Shown here piece by piece: positions 41,521 to 50,262 of a DNA stretch of 64,000 nt. The position numbers were made by a program, and so were the translations under genes. The stretch is from a virus (Duplodnaviria; Caudoviricetes): the IMG/VR virus record IMGVR_UViG_3300014208_000023, positions 364,321 to 428,320 of that record, one strand, 5' to 3'. The notes under the pieces are model-generated. The model was given only the letters and a program-made list of their open reading frames with translations, did not search any database and was not told the DNA's origin. The first letter of the stretch is position 1. Every line of letters starts with the position of its first letter.

Positions 41521-41711
41521 TATTTCTTCTCAAACTTATCCCAAAGATATTTTCCTATATAACACCCAGCCTCTTCCATTGAAGCTATAGTTAATGGTAA
41601 GGTTTTATACCTTTTACTATTTTCTGATGGACTATAAGAAATATAGTATGATATGGAATCCTTATGAATTGACACATCATATTTCTTAACTATAGTTTTG
41701 CAGATTGCCAT
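41520..41711 (-). CDS. C-K-T-I family protein
   Basis: ICKTIVKKYDV...IGKYL. Confidence 0.7.
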   Translation of the reverse strand: MAICKTIVKKYDVSIHKDSISYYISYSPSENSKRYKTLPLTIASMEEAGCYIGKYLWDKFEKK

Positions 41712-41717
41712 TTTATT

Positions 41718-41801
41718 TGGTGGGACGTGATTGATTCGAACAATCTTCCGTTAAAAGACCAGTTGTACAATCTGGTAGCTTGCCATCAGCCCATACGTCC
41801 C
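41718..41801 (-). tRNA. tRNA-Tyr(GUA), atypical anticodon arm, CCA encoded
   Basis: GGGACGT/ACGTCCC A CCA; CCAGA TT GTA CA ACTGG (A31.A39 mismatch, C37); long variable arm. Confidence 0.75.
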
Positions 41802-41806
41802 GTTAT

Positions 41807-42085
41807 CTAGTAATGAATGTCGTTGTCGTTGTCGTATTCGTAGTCATCAATGTCGTCATAATCATCATCATCATCATCATCTTCGTAATCTGGATCAATT
41901 TTTGAGAGCCACTTATTGAATATCTTTGTGGCATCCTCGTGCGAAAAATTCCCATAACCTATGTAGTGAGAACGCGCCCTGCCATTTAATTCGTACTCTC
42001 CGACCCAATTTGGAGTCTTGGTTTCACAAGCAGGATCACTATAAACAACTGGCCTATAGAGATCTTTAATCGTCTTGCAAAACAT
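41807..42085 (-). CDS. C-K-T-I family protein with acidic tail
   Basis: FCKTIKDLYRP...FNKWL...poly-Asp. Confidence 0.75.
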   Translation of the reverse strand: MFCKTIKDLYRPVVYSDPACETKTPNWVGEYELNGRARSHYIGYGNFSHEDATKIFNKWLSKIDPDYEDDDDDDDYDDIDDYEYDNDNDIHY

Positions 42086-42090
42086 AAGTC

Positions 42091-42420
42091 CTACTCTACT
42101 ATGCCAATCGCCTTCAATACCGTAAGAACAGTTCTAGTATTAATGCCTCTATCCAAAACAAAGACTTGGGTATCGTCGGGATGCAATTCCCCGGCATCCC
42201 ATACTTTCCTTGCCTCATCGCAGGCCTCCAGCAATTCCGTGGCTTTACTCTCGACCGACGAAGGGGCCGAGGATCCCGCGTCGTATGCTGCCTCTAGTGC
42301 TGCCTTTATGCCCCAAACACTAACGTCATGGAAGTCTAGACCATCTGACTTTTGCGTTTCAAGTGTTTCAATGTGAAGCTTGGCTTGAGCTATATTGGTT
42401 AGCGTTTCGTTTTTATTCAC
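42091..42420 (-). CDS. DUF6900-like protein
   Basis: LHIETLETQKSDGLDFHDVSVWGIKAALEAAYDAG; start likely GTG 42420. Confidence 0.75.
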   Translation of the reverse strand: MNKNETLTNIAQAKLHIETLETQKSDGLDFHDVSVWGIKAALEAAYDAGSSAPSSVESKATELLEACDEARKVWDAGELHPDDTQVFVLDRGINTRTVLTVLKAIGIVE

Positions 42421-42848
42421 TGCCTTACTTTCGGTGAAGAACGACGACGCACCATAACTTCGCACTCTGCCGATAATACGGCAGCATTTATTACATGCGC
42501 AATTTCTCTTGCCTTGTATCCGCTAGCCACATACGATTCTATGATTGGCATGATAGCATTATGGGCGGCGTCATCTATCTCTCGCGCCATGTCAGTCCAT
42601 GCTTCATTAGCTCCAAACATAGATTTGGATTGTGGCGCTGAATTGCTTACAGATATCGGCAACCATTGTTCTGGATTGCCACGATAACATTCAATAATCT
42701 TACATTTACCGAACTTTTTCTCCAACTCATCGCAAGCCAAAGAATAGTTGTAATTATACAATGTCGCTGATTTCTCTTTTTTAGAGCCAACTAATGTGAA
42801 TTTGAATCTCCAACCTATTTTCATAGTTATCCTAAAAAAGAAACTCAT
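42417..42848 (-). CDS. hypothetical protein
   Basis: 143 aa. Confidence 0.6.
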   Translation of the reverse strand: MSFFFRITMKIGWRFKFTLVGSKKEKSATLYNYNYSLACDELEKKFGKCKIIECYRGNPEQWLPISVSNSAPQSKSMFGANEAWTDMAREIDDAAHNAIMPIIESYVASGYKAREIAHVINAAVLSAECEVMVRRRSSPKVRQ

Positions 42849-43200
42849 CGTTAATATCGGCTACTACTACCGGCTCTTTCATTGCTGATGAAGCCCTATA
42901 GGTCACTCCAGTTCCAGCAGTCTTTAGGGCTATCTTACAATAGGCCTCGGTAATCAAGGAGTCAAGCCTATCAACGCACATTTTCTTATCGCCAGTAAGA
43001 TACTGCGGCTTTATCTTAGCAACGAACCTTCTTGCTCCATCTAGATAGGCCCAAGCAATCCGCATATTTTTTAGATCGAAATCATGCTGGAAATTGAGGT
43101 GGAATCCCATACATTGAGAATGATGTCCCGCTAAAACGAAAGATGCGTCCCAGAATTGGGCGCGCAACTTTTCAAGCGCTATTGGTTCAAACTTGGACAT
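42832..43200 (-). CDS. hypothetical protein
   Basis: 122 aa. Confidence 0.65.
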   Translation of the reverse strand: MSKFEPIALEKLRAQFWDASFVLAGHHSQCMGFHLNFQHDFDLKNMRIAWAYLDGARRFVAKIKPQYLTGDKKMCVDRLDSLITEAYCKIALKTAGTGVTYRASSAMKEPVVVADINDEFLF

Positions 43201-43573
43201 TTAGCAATTCTCTGGGTTGCTTATCTTTGTGAAGTGCTTCGTTTAGCTCTATGATAAGAGAGCAGTGTTTAGCTCGAAGCTCTTCTTTTTTGCTTTCGTC
43301 TTGCTCATATAGCATTGAGTCACCAATAGCATCTATCTCTTTGACGGTGGATTCATACTTTGTTCCGCCCAATAAACTATATAGGCTTTGCAAATTGACC
43401 TCATATATCACTTCATTTCTTATGAGAGAACGAAGTCGGCTCATAGAATCGGCGTCATCTTTGAACTCAAGGTCTTGCTTTTCTTTATCTGAACGACGAC
43501 TAGATAAAAAAGTTATGGCAATATTGATTGCTACGATCAACACTATTGTGATTACGAGTTGTGATGTTGTCAT
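43187..43573 (-). CDS. membrane-anchored coiled protein
   Basis: N-terminal TM helix, 128 aa. Confidence 0.7.
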   Translation of the reverse strand: MTTSQLVITIVLIVAINIAITFLSSRRSDKEKQDLEFKDDADSMSRLRSLIRNEVIYEVNLQSLYSLLGGTKYESTVKEIDAIGDSMLYEQDESKKEELRAKHCSLIIELNEALHKDKQPRELLNVQV

Positions 43574-43585
43574 TGTTTTCTTTCG

Positions 43586-43670
43586 TGGGCATGATAGGAA
43601 TCGAACCTACACGGTATTTCTACCACGAGAACCTAAATCTCGCGCGGCTGCCTGGTTACGCCACATGCCC
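43586..43670 (-). tRNA. tRNA-Leu(UAG)
   Basis: GGGCATG/CATGCCC A; GCGAGA TT TAG GT TCTCGT; long variable arm. Confidence 0.9.
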
Positions 43671-43683
43671 AAATTTTTATTCG

Positions 43684-43762
43684 TGGAGCGTGAGGGAGTC
43701 GAACCCCCTAAGCAAAAAGCAGAGATTTACAGTCTCCTGTCCGACCGTTGGACTTACACTCC
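43684..43762 (-). tRNA. tRNA-Tyr(GUA)
   Basis: GGAGTGT/ACGCTCC A; GGAGA CT GTA AA TCTCT. Confidence 0.88.
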
Positions 43763-43772
43763 TAATATTCAA

Positions 43773-44033
43773 TCACCCCTCATAGCCGTGAATATAACCA
43801 GCAACCTTATTATGCAGATACTTTGCCAATACAAAAGGCGATGAAACAACCTTATAGGTCACAATCGCTAGATAGTATAACGCTACTATCGGCCAGAACG
43901 CCGACACCATTTCTGGCGGAGGAACATCGCCGCTATAAAGGCCCCATCCCCAATCTTTATAAAGTATTGGCGTGATAACGTATGTTGTTATACCAACAAT
44001 TATATAGCCCAATATAACTTCTATTCCTAGCAT
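43773..44033 (-). CDS. small membrane protein
   Basis: 86 aa, two TM segments. Confidence 0.65.
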   Translation of the reverse strand: MLGIEVILGYIIVGITTYVITPILYKDWGWGLYSGDVPPPEMVSAFWPIVALYYLAIVTYKVVSSPFVLAKYLHNKVAGYIHGYEG

Positions 44034-44320
44034 TTTTTATACACTTTCAAAATATAAGACGGGGTGATATATGATTCGTGAATTGGGACGCAATAGTCGC
44101 CAGCAAAAGACTTATCAGATATAACATCGGAAAAGTAATACATTAATTTAATTCTGGTATATTTGGATACCGCTATTACTGGAACCGTAACTCCCTCATA
44201 TAGCAAATTATAACGGCCATCAATAATGTATCTTCGCGGCACATCATTCGAGACGCAAATCTCTATCTCATCTCCGCTATCGGCTTTGGCGGCACAAGGA
44301 TGTATTGGCATCTTAATCAA
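44027..44320 (-). CDS. C-x6-GD family protein
   Basis: PCAAKADSGD...ILKVYKK; close paralog of 45024-45320. Confidence 0.75.
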   Translation of the reverse strand: MIKMPIHPCAAKADSGDEIEICVSNDVPRRYIIDGRYNLLYEGVTVPVIAVSKYTRIKLMYYFSDVISDKSFAGDYCVPIHESYITPSYILKVYKKC

Positions 44321-45027
44321 TCTTGAGCGGCAAATTTCTTTGCAAAGCTATCTTCAACGTGTGAATCATTGAAGCCCCAATCACTCATGCTGCGGTAGGA
44401 ATGAGTCAGCCTAACAAGGCTGTCCGATCTAATAAGATCGCAACTATATGGGATTCTCTCGCTTGCTATAATTACTTTATATTTTGAATCCGCTTTGAGC
44501 TTTGATATTATCCAATCTCTGAATACTTTCATAGTATGGTTGTAGTTTGGATCCTTGTTGAGATAAATGCCGGGATTTTTGTTTCCAGTATCTTTATACA
44601 CTCTCTCAATAAATAGGGCGTATTCTTTTGTGCTATAATCATATAGCACTCTAACTAGAGAGCGGCGCCTAAAGGAAATACCGTATGGTGTCATTTCGTT
44701 ATCTGAAATATAAACCATACCAAGAAACGGATCCGTTACTGAACCGACTAGATGATCTCTATGAGAGTTTTCCCAATGCATGCAAGAACAAACTCCACGC
44801 ATTGACATTGTTGCCAGATCCCAGAAGCCAGTAATGCCGCTTGAAGTGAAGCCGATGTATGCCGGCTTACCATCAAACTCAACGTCGCATTTCTCCAGAC
44901 AATTAGGAAGCCCTATGCTGGGGAATGGCTTTTCTATCTTTGAAATCTTATTAAAGATAGCATTATCTCTAATGAAGCCGGCGGTCTTCTTAAAGGTTCT
45001 ACTATTTTTTAGATCGCTAATTTTCAT
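44317..45027 (-). CDS. WDxxxMSMRGxxSCM family protein 2
   Basis: FWDLATMSMRGVCSCMHWENSHRDHLVGSVTDPF. Confidence 0.8.
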   Translation of the reverse strand: MKISDLKNSRTFKKTAGFIRDNAIFNKISKIEKPFPSIGLPNCLEKCDVEFDGKPAYIGFTSSGITGFWDLATMSMRGVCSCMHWENSHRDHLVGSVTDPFLGMVYISDNEMTPYGISFRRRSLVRVLYDYSTKEYALFIERVYKDTGNKNPGIYLNKDPNYNHTMKVFRDWIISKLKADSKYKVIIASERIPYSCDLIRSDSLVRLTHSYRSMSDWGFNDSHVEDSFAKKFAAQD

Positions 45028-45320
45028 TGTTTGCGTATTACTTTAAGTATAATTGAGGCCGTAACAAACTTTTCATGTATCGGCAGACAGAATGGTTCGC
45101 TAATCATTTCTCCACTACAAACAACATCTTTGTAGTAGTAAGTCTCTAAATGACAATCAATATCGCCATTGACCCCAACAACGGGAACCATTACTCTTTC
45201 GGTAGAAAGTTTAAATCGACCAACAACTTTATAACGTTCTGGTCCATTAGGAGTCTCAAACTCTATCTGGTCTCCAAGCTTTGCGTTAGCAGCACAAGGA
45301 TGCGGAAGAAACTTTTTCAT
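45024..45320 (-). CDS. C-x6-GD family protein
   Basis: PCAANAKLGD...ILKVIRK. Confidence 0.75.
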   Translation of the reverse strand: MKKFLPHPCAANAKLGDQIEFETPNGPERYKVVGRFKLSTERVMVPVVGVNGDIDCHLETYYYKDVVCSGEMISEPFCLPIHEKFVTASIILKVIRKQ

Positions 45321-45321
45321 A

Positions 45322-45666
45322 TTAGTTAGTAAAGTAAATTTCTTTTACGCCCTTAAAATCGTGACCTGATTCTATGAGCCACTGATCTACTTCAAGACAA
45401 TTCTCTTGAATGAAATCTTGGAGAGATCCCTTGAACCCATTGTCTTTACACTGGTCTTTCCAGTATTCTTCCATTGATTCTTTAGTATAGGTGTCGGAAT
45501 AATCTTCTTTGCCTGATGGATCAAACTCTGACCAGTGACGATTGATCTTACTTCTATGATATGCGTCGTCCTCTCTGATACGGTCTCTAACCTCTTCGGG
45601 ACACTTGCTTAAATCAATAGTGATTGACTTTACTTTTTTGACTTTGATTATTGGTAATGTTTTCAT
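45322..45666 (-). CDS. hypothetical protein
   Basis: 114 aa, ATG directly after tRNA-Ile. Confidence 0.7.
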   Translation of the reverse strand: MKTLPIIKVKKVKSITIDLSKCPEEVRDRIREDDAYHRSKINRHWSEFDPSGKEDYSDTYTKESMEEYWKDQCKDNGFKGSLQDFIQENCLEVDQWLIESGHDFKGVKEIYFTN

Positions 45667-45669
45667 GGG

Positions 45670-45743
45670 TGGGACGTGGAGGACTCGAACCTCCGACCTT
45701 CGCCTTATCAGAGCGACTATCTAACCAACTGATATAACGTCCC
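45670..45743 (-). tRNA. tRNA-Ile(GAU)
   Basis: GGGACGT/ACGTCCC A; TCGCT CT GAT AA GGCGA; GGAGG TTCGAGT CCTCC. Confidence 0.92.
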
Positions 45744-45750
45744 TAGTAAC

Positions 45751-45820
45751 TGCTCTCGGTTGGGTTTCATACCAACATCAGCACCATTTGGTGGCGCTAC
45801 TTTGTTAAGACGACGAGAGC
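45751..45820 (-). ncRNA. degenerate/atypical tRNA-like RNA
   Basis: GCTCTCG/CGAGAGC A acceptor; AGCGCCA CCAAA TGGTGCT (7 bp + 5-nt loop); GTTGG TATGAAAC CCAAC T-like arm. Confidence 0.6.
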
Positions 45821-45826
45821 ATATCT

Positions 45827-46261
45827 TTATTGTTCTTTAATCCAAGCTCTAGGTATTCTTTCCGTTGGCTTACCGAAAAATACTAATGAAGCAGAGAATG
45901 AGTTCTTCATCGGTGAATATGAATGAATCACTTCCTTGCGACAAATATATGGTATGAACGGATATCTTATGTGTTTACTTATAACCTGAACTGCACTTTG
46001 GCCGTCCCTAAAAATATCTAGGCGCTCTTTGTCAGTAGAGGACCTGCAGCGATAGATTGGAATTGATCCATCAACTTCCTTGAATCTATACTCAACGAAT
46101 CGACCCCATAACGGTAGAGATATAAACCATGTTCTATGGTCGTGTGGATCGCTTCTGTCCGGTCGATTAGAGGCCCAGGTATGAAGTCTTAATCTTGCGC
46201 CATTCTTAAACTGATGTATAAGGCGTACCACGAATCCATTAGGATGATTAGTAACATTCAT
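45827..46261 (-). CDS. cupin-fold protein (cysteine dioxygenase-like)
   Basis: LRLHTW...DPHDH...GRFVE...VIHS. Confidence 0.7.
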   Translation of the reverse strand: MNVTNHPNGFVVRLIHQFKNGARLRLHTWASNRPDRSDPHDHRTWFISLPLWGRFVEYRFKEVDGSIPIYRCRSSTDKERLDIFRDGQSAVQVISKHIRYPFIPYICRKEVIHSYSPMKNSFSASLVFFGKPTERIPRAWIKEQ

Positions 46262-46283
46262 CGTTTATGATATATCATCAATT

Positions 46284-46475
46284 ATGGCCGAACGAATTAC
46301 TTCATGCCCAGAATGCAAAAATAGATTTCCTGATGTTATCGAGGTTCATAACCCAGAAACAACTGATATGAATTGTAGAGTAACCTTTAAGTGTGATGAA
46401 TGTCAGCACACCTGGGAAGGATTAGACTCATCCCCGCACTATAAAGAAATGCGGGAACGAGGCTATATCATATGA
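46284..46475 (+). CDS. small Zn-ribbon protein (antisense orientation)
   Basis: CPEC...FKCDECQHTW; fills gap between divergent and convergent neighbours. Confidence 0.75.
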   Translation: MAERITSCPECKNRFPDVIEVHNPETTDMNCRVTFKCDECQHTWEGLDSSPHYKEMRERGYII

Positions 46476-46478
46476 ATC

Positions 46479-46811
46479 TCAGGTCTTAAGAAGCTTGGTG
46501 AGCTTCATGGCGAGCATCTGATTGCCCGCCAGCTTAAGCTTACCGCTGAAGAACATTCCCATAGCCTTGCCGGGATCCGACATGAGGGCCTGAAAATTTT
46601 CAGATGAGATCGTGATGGTGCAGTCCGCTTTGCCCTGGCCCGCCTTAACGGAAGGCCCCTTTGAGGTCGCGTCAATAAACCACTCTCCCTCTCCGGTAAC
46701 ATTTACCTGAAAGCTAGCATTAACCTCACGAACTTCCTTCGACTTGGAAGCTAGGGCGGCGGGAAGGGTGGTTTCAAATAGCTCACGAATGTTCATTTTT
46801 TTTTTATTCAC
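46479..46811 (-). CDS. SCP2 sterol/lipid-binding domain protein
   Basis: FQVNVTGEGEWFID...ADCTITIS...MGMFFSGKLKLAGNQMLAMKL. Confidence 0.9.
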   Translation of the reverse strand: MNKKKMNIRELFETTLPAALASKSKEVREVNASFQVNVTGEGEWFIDATSKGPSVKAGQGKADCTITISSENFQALMSDPGKAMGMFFSGKLKLAGNQMLAMKLTKLLKT

Positions 46812-46863
46812 TTTGTTGAAAGAGTGTGGTTAATTGTCTTTATAAAAGATAAGCAGGCTATAT

Positions 46864-47160
46864 TTATACTGTATTTTCCATAGCGGCACGATCAAGAGCG
46901 GCGCTTAATTTGCCCTTTATTACTAAAGCAGAAGTCCATCTTGCGAGTCTTTTTACTACATCAAGATCGATATTAAGCTGCAAGCTTTCTGCCAAAAACC
47001 ATTCGCCAGTAAGAATGGAAAATGGAGCATCATCTCTGCAATATAGTTTGCCGTCTTCGCCCATCCCCCATTGCCATTCTGAATGGAGCGAATAGGTTCT
47101 CTTACGGAACTTTGCTCCGTATTCTGGGTCTTTAAGAACGGCTACTATATTAGTTTTCAT
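46864..47160 (-). CDS. hypothetical protein
   Basis: 98 aa. Confidence 0.65.
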   Translation of the reverse strand: MKTNIVAVLKDPEYGAKFRKRTYSLHSEWQWGMGEDGKLYCRDDAPFSILTGEWFLAESLQLNIDLDVVKRLARWTSALVIKGKLSAALDRAAMENTV

Positions 47161-47390
47161 CTGAAATACTTGGGGTCGTTAGCTTCAACTGCCCCCATTA
47201 GAAGAGATACGTGACGCTGGCAAGTTATGATTGCTTTGGATAGACCAAAGAACGCTTGCTCTTGAGAGGTGCCTACAAATTTTGGAAGCTTGGACTTAAT
47301 TACCTCAAGCTCATTTAGCTTTGATTCAGCCTTCTCAAGAAGATCATAAACATTTTCTACTTTTACTTTTGAATCAATCGTTGAGGCCAT
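47157..47390 (-). CDS. hypothetical coiled protein
   Basis: 77 aa. Confidence 0.65.
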   Translation of the reverse strand: MASTIDSKVKVENVYDLLEKAESKLNELEVIKSKLPKFVGTSQEQAFFGLSKAIITCQRHVSLLMGAVEANDPKYFR

Positions 47391-47570
47391 ACTAAAAATT
47401 CCTTTAGTTTTTGGGAAGCGGCATTCCTATGCCGCCTTCTATATTTGAAATAGCTTCTTCAAGACGAAGTTTAGTGTCAGCATCTTCAGTCTCAGCAAGC
47501 TCACGAAAGTATTTCGTTACATCTTGTTCTAGAAGATACCTGCGCCCCATCATAGTAATGAATTTGATAT

Positions 47571-48032
47571 TCATTCTTTTGAATGAGTATCAGCCTCAAC
47601 TACTTCGGTTTTCTTCTTGGCAAAAGTCTTGTGAAAGAAACGAAGAGTCTTATCGGCTGCCGGAATGATCGTTTCATTCATAGCCTTATTGACTACCGGC
47701 TTTACCGTCTCGACTGCTTTGGTGGCTGCTGGAATGATATTCTTATTGATCATTCTGCTTATAACTGAACCCTTCATGGCTTTAATCGCTTTCTCTGTTT
47801 GTCGGCGTTCAACATGCTGATACGCCATTTTGTTTTCCTGATAAGCCGCCTCAAGATTTGAGAGCGTCGTATCATACTCTGCACTATGCAAAGTATCCGT
47901 TTGAAGAATCTGTAGCAGTCCAACTACCTGCTTGACGTAAGGTAGATCCTTATCGTTGAAATGATGGTAAGGCTTAAGCATCCAATACTCAAGAGAATTG
48001 AGTGCCGACTTCATTTCTGCATTTACCAACAT
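47571..48032 (-). CDS. hypothetical protein
   Basis: 153 aa. Confidence 0.65.
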   Translation of the reverse strand: MLVNAEMKSALNSLEYWMLKPYHHFNDKDLPYVKQVVGLLQILQTDTLHSAEYDTTLSNLEAAYQENKMAYQHVERRQTEKAIKAMKGSVISRMINKNIIPAATKAVETVKPVVNKAMNETIIPAADKTLRFFHKTFAKKKTEVVEADTHSKE

Positions 48033-48247
48033 AAATAAAACTTTCTGCTCTCTTCTAATTCTTGCTGTCTGTTAAAGATTTCAACTTGCTTGCCGGCCAG
48101 ATCACAATCTTTCGATATGAGCAACCAGTTTTCAATGTCAGAGTAAGGTCCCATATCGCCATTTAATAGAATGGCGCCACAAGAAACGCACTCTTTATAT
48201 GCGTCTCCAAAACATGGAATCTCTGCTCCGTATTTATGTTCCTTCAT
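48023..48247 (-). CDS. small Zn-binding hypothetical protein
   Basis: HKY...ECVSCG; start revised to ATG 48247. Confidence 0.65.
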   Translation of the reverse strand: MKEHKYGAEIPCFGDAYKECVSCGAILLNGDMGPYSDIENWLLISKDCDLAGKQVEIFNRQQELEESRKFYLCW

Positions 48248-48255
48248 CTTAAACC

Positions 48256-48283
48256 AATATAAGCACTGTCGTTGCGTTGTCAA
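48256..48283 (-). promoter_or_regulatory. sigma70-type promoter
   Basis: TTGACA-16-TATATT. Confidence 0.7.
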
Positions 48284-48565
48284 GCTCTGCCGTAACGAAG
48301 TTCAGCAGAAAATTAATTACCAACCATCTACTAACCGAGCGAGCGGGTTCCGTTTAGATATACCGAATAGAGAGACCTCTATGCTTTTGTAGGCGTCTTT
48401 TATCTGTTGTGCTCTATCATGTTCTTTATTTTGATAGCAACCGTTCTCAATTTAATGAGGAGGCCATTGGAATACACGGCAGGAAGATTGGAAATGCCTT
48501 ATTGTAGCGATAGATTACTCTACAATATCCGATACATCAAGGGGCTGGCTGGACCCCTGTAGTCT

Positions 48566-49405
48566 TCAATTAGCTTCCTTACAACACCTACCGCCAATTT
48601 CGTAGAATGCAAATGATTCATTATGAACTGTGGTCATAGGACGGCACCTATTCCTAGCGCCCATAGCCCAATGTCCGCCCTTCTCTCCGCTCTTATACGG
48701 AGAGCCAGAAGAGTTGATTACGCTTTCATCAACATTACCAGTCATATCATATACTCCGAAAGGAGAGACGCACCCTGGCTTTGAACCAGAAGGAACTCTT
48801 TGTGAGAGTCTATCAACTTCTGCCTGACGAGTAGCCGGATTAGATAGCTTGCCGCCATCAAACGCTCGCCATGCATTGTCAATGTTGCATGTTCCAGGGT
48901 CTCTATTCAGGCCGTAAGGATACGGTAGGGCATCTTCGCCTTCGCAAGCAAACTCCCACTCAACATCCTTGCAAAGTCTTTTACCTTCTGCGGCACACTT
49001 GACGGCCATCTCATTCCAAGTAACCATAACCTCCGGAATTGCTCCGAGCTTATTTGGATACTCGAACTTATCAATACAAAAGCTCATTGCCTTCTTTTGT
49101 TTTGATAGGCATTTGGTGGGCGCAAACTCTAGACACCTTACCTTGCCATTAACATTGATTACTTTCTCGTCCCACTTAAGACAAGTCTGCTCTACAACGG
49201 GGCAGTAGTTTCCGCTAACAAGAACCATATCATCAGGGCAGAAGTTAGGTGGCGCCCATCCAACAACTACCTGGCCATATGGCGATACATCAGAAATGGA
49301 TTCTGACGGTGCGCAGCTAGTTGGATTGCTGCCATTCGTTTTTGGCACAACACCATTAGAACACGCAATAACAATCGACAACAGGGCGATACCTACATAC
49401 TTCAT
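48566..49405 (-). CDS. formylglycine-generating enzyme (FGE-sulfatase) fold lipoprotein
   Basis: Lipobox IVIAC; CPDDMVLV, FCIDKFEYP, KRLCKDVEWEFAC, YPYG, GVYDMTGNVDE, GGRCC. Confidence 0.85.
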   Translation of the reverse strand: MKYVGIALLSIVIACSNGVVPKTNGSNPTSCAPSESISDVSPYGQVVVGWAPPNFCPDDMVLVSGNYCPVVEQTCLKWDEKVINVNGKVRCLEFAPTKCLSKQKKAMSFCIDKFEYPNKLGAIPEVMVTWNEMAVKCAAEGKRLCKDVEWEFACEGEDALPYPYGLNRDPGTCNIDNAWRAFDGGKLSNPATRQAEVDRLSQRVPSGSKPGCVSPFGVYDMTGNVDESVINSSGSPYKSGEKGGHWAMGARNRCRPMTTVHNESFAFYEIGGRCCKEAN

Positions 49406-49425
49406 AAGCTTCCAGCCTCACTTCT

Positions 49426-49782
49426 TTAGCAGCAGTCACAATATAGATTGAGTATCTTTAGAGTTTCTTTACCATCATACTCTTTGATTTGGTAATGATC
49501 ATTATCATTCATCTCCTCAATCTTTATTGAGGCACATTCTCCGTTGGCCGAATCTCCCAACTCTTCTATCGCTTGAATTAGAATGGGGTCGTGTCTTTTG
49601 ATTGCTGGCTTTGGATCTTCCAAATAAACTGTTTTCCAGTGGCAGTCATGCTTGGACTGTAGCAGGTCCAATTCTTTCTTTTTTAGAATGGCGTCGGAAT
49701 GGCCTAGCTCAATCATCCTATCAAGAACTGCGTGTGATATTCCAAATCCACCATACTTATTGTTATATGCTACTTTTTTCAT
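49426..49782 (-). CDS. conserved phage hypothetical protein
   Basis: KVAYNNKYGGFGIS...RHDPILIQAIEELG...YQIKEYDGKE. Confidence 0.75.
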   Translation of the reverse strand: MKKVAYNNKYGGFGISHAVLDRMIELGHSDAILKKKELDLLQSKHDCHWKTVYLEDPKPAIKRHDPILIQAIEELGDSANGECASIKIEEMNDNDHYQIKEYDGKETLKILNLYCDCC

Positions 49783-50036
49783 TAGATGCTATAGAATTTA
49801 AAGTGAATGATATTAAGATGCCTTACCATTATATCTCTGACAATCTTCCAGTCCCATTTTTTTCTATACCAAGGAATAGAAATGTGTTCTACATAGGCCT
49901 TTAGAAAATCTCCAAGAGGAGCGTCATGTAGGTAGCCATCTCTTTTGAAGGGCGGGCGGCCAGGTAGATTTACTATTTCGCAATCCACTTTACACGGGCC
50001 GACTTTCCATCTAGTATTTAATTCATCTAATGTCAT
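49782..50036 (-). CDS. hypothetical protein
   Basis: 84 aa. Confidence 0.6.
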   Translation of the reverse strand: MTLDELNTRWKVGPCKVDCEIVNLPGRPPFKRDGYLHDAPLGDFLKAYVEHISIPWYRKKWDWKIVRDIMVRHLNIIHFKFYSI

Positions 50037-50037
50037 T

Positions 50038-50262
50038 TTAGAAAGTTGCCCACTTCGTCATTAGTGACGGACGATGACTGCACTTATCTTTGCAGGGACC
50101 AAGAACATTGGGATTGTTTTTGGATGTTGTGCATATCCAAAAGTAATAGCACTGATCGCATATCCATCTTCCATCAACTGCCTGGGCGTGACTCAAATCC
50201 GTTCTTTCTTCGCCACTAAACACATCCAAAGTATCACAGTAGTCGCAAAATCCGTTTTTCAT
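50038..50262 (-). CDS. Cys-rich Zn-binding protein
   Basis: CDYC...WICDQC. Confidence 0.65.
   Translation of the reverse strand: MKNGFCDYCDTLDVFSGEERTDLSHAQAVDGRWICDQCYYFWICTTSKNNPNVLGPCKDKCSHRPSLMTKWATF

Noticed and set aside
41817-41884. (TCA)n/(GTC)n microsatellite-like tract
   Set aside because: It simply encodes the Asp/Tyr-rich tail of the 41807-42085 protein.
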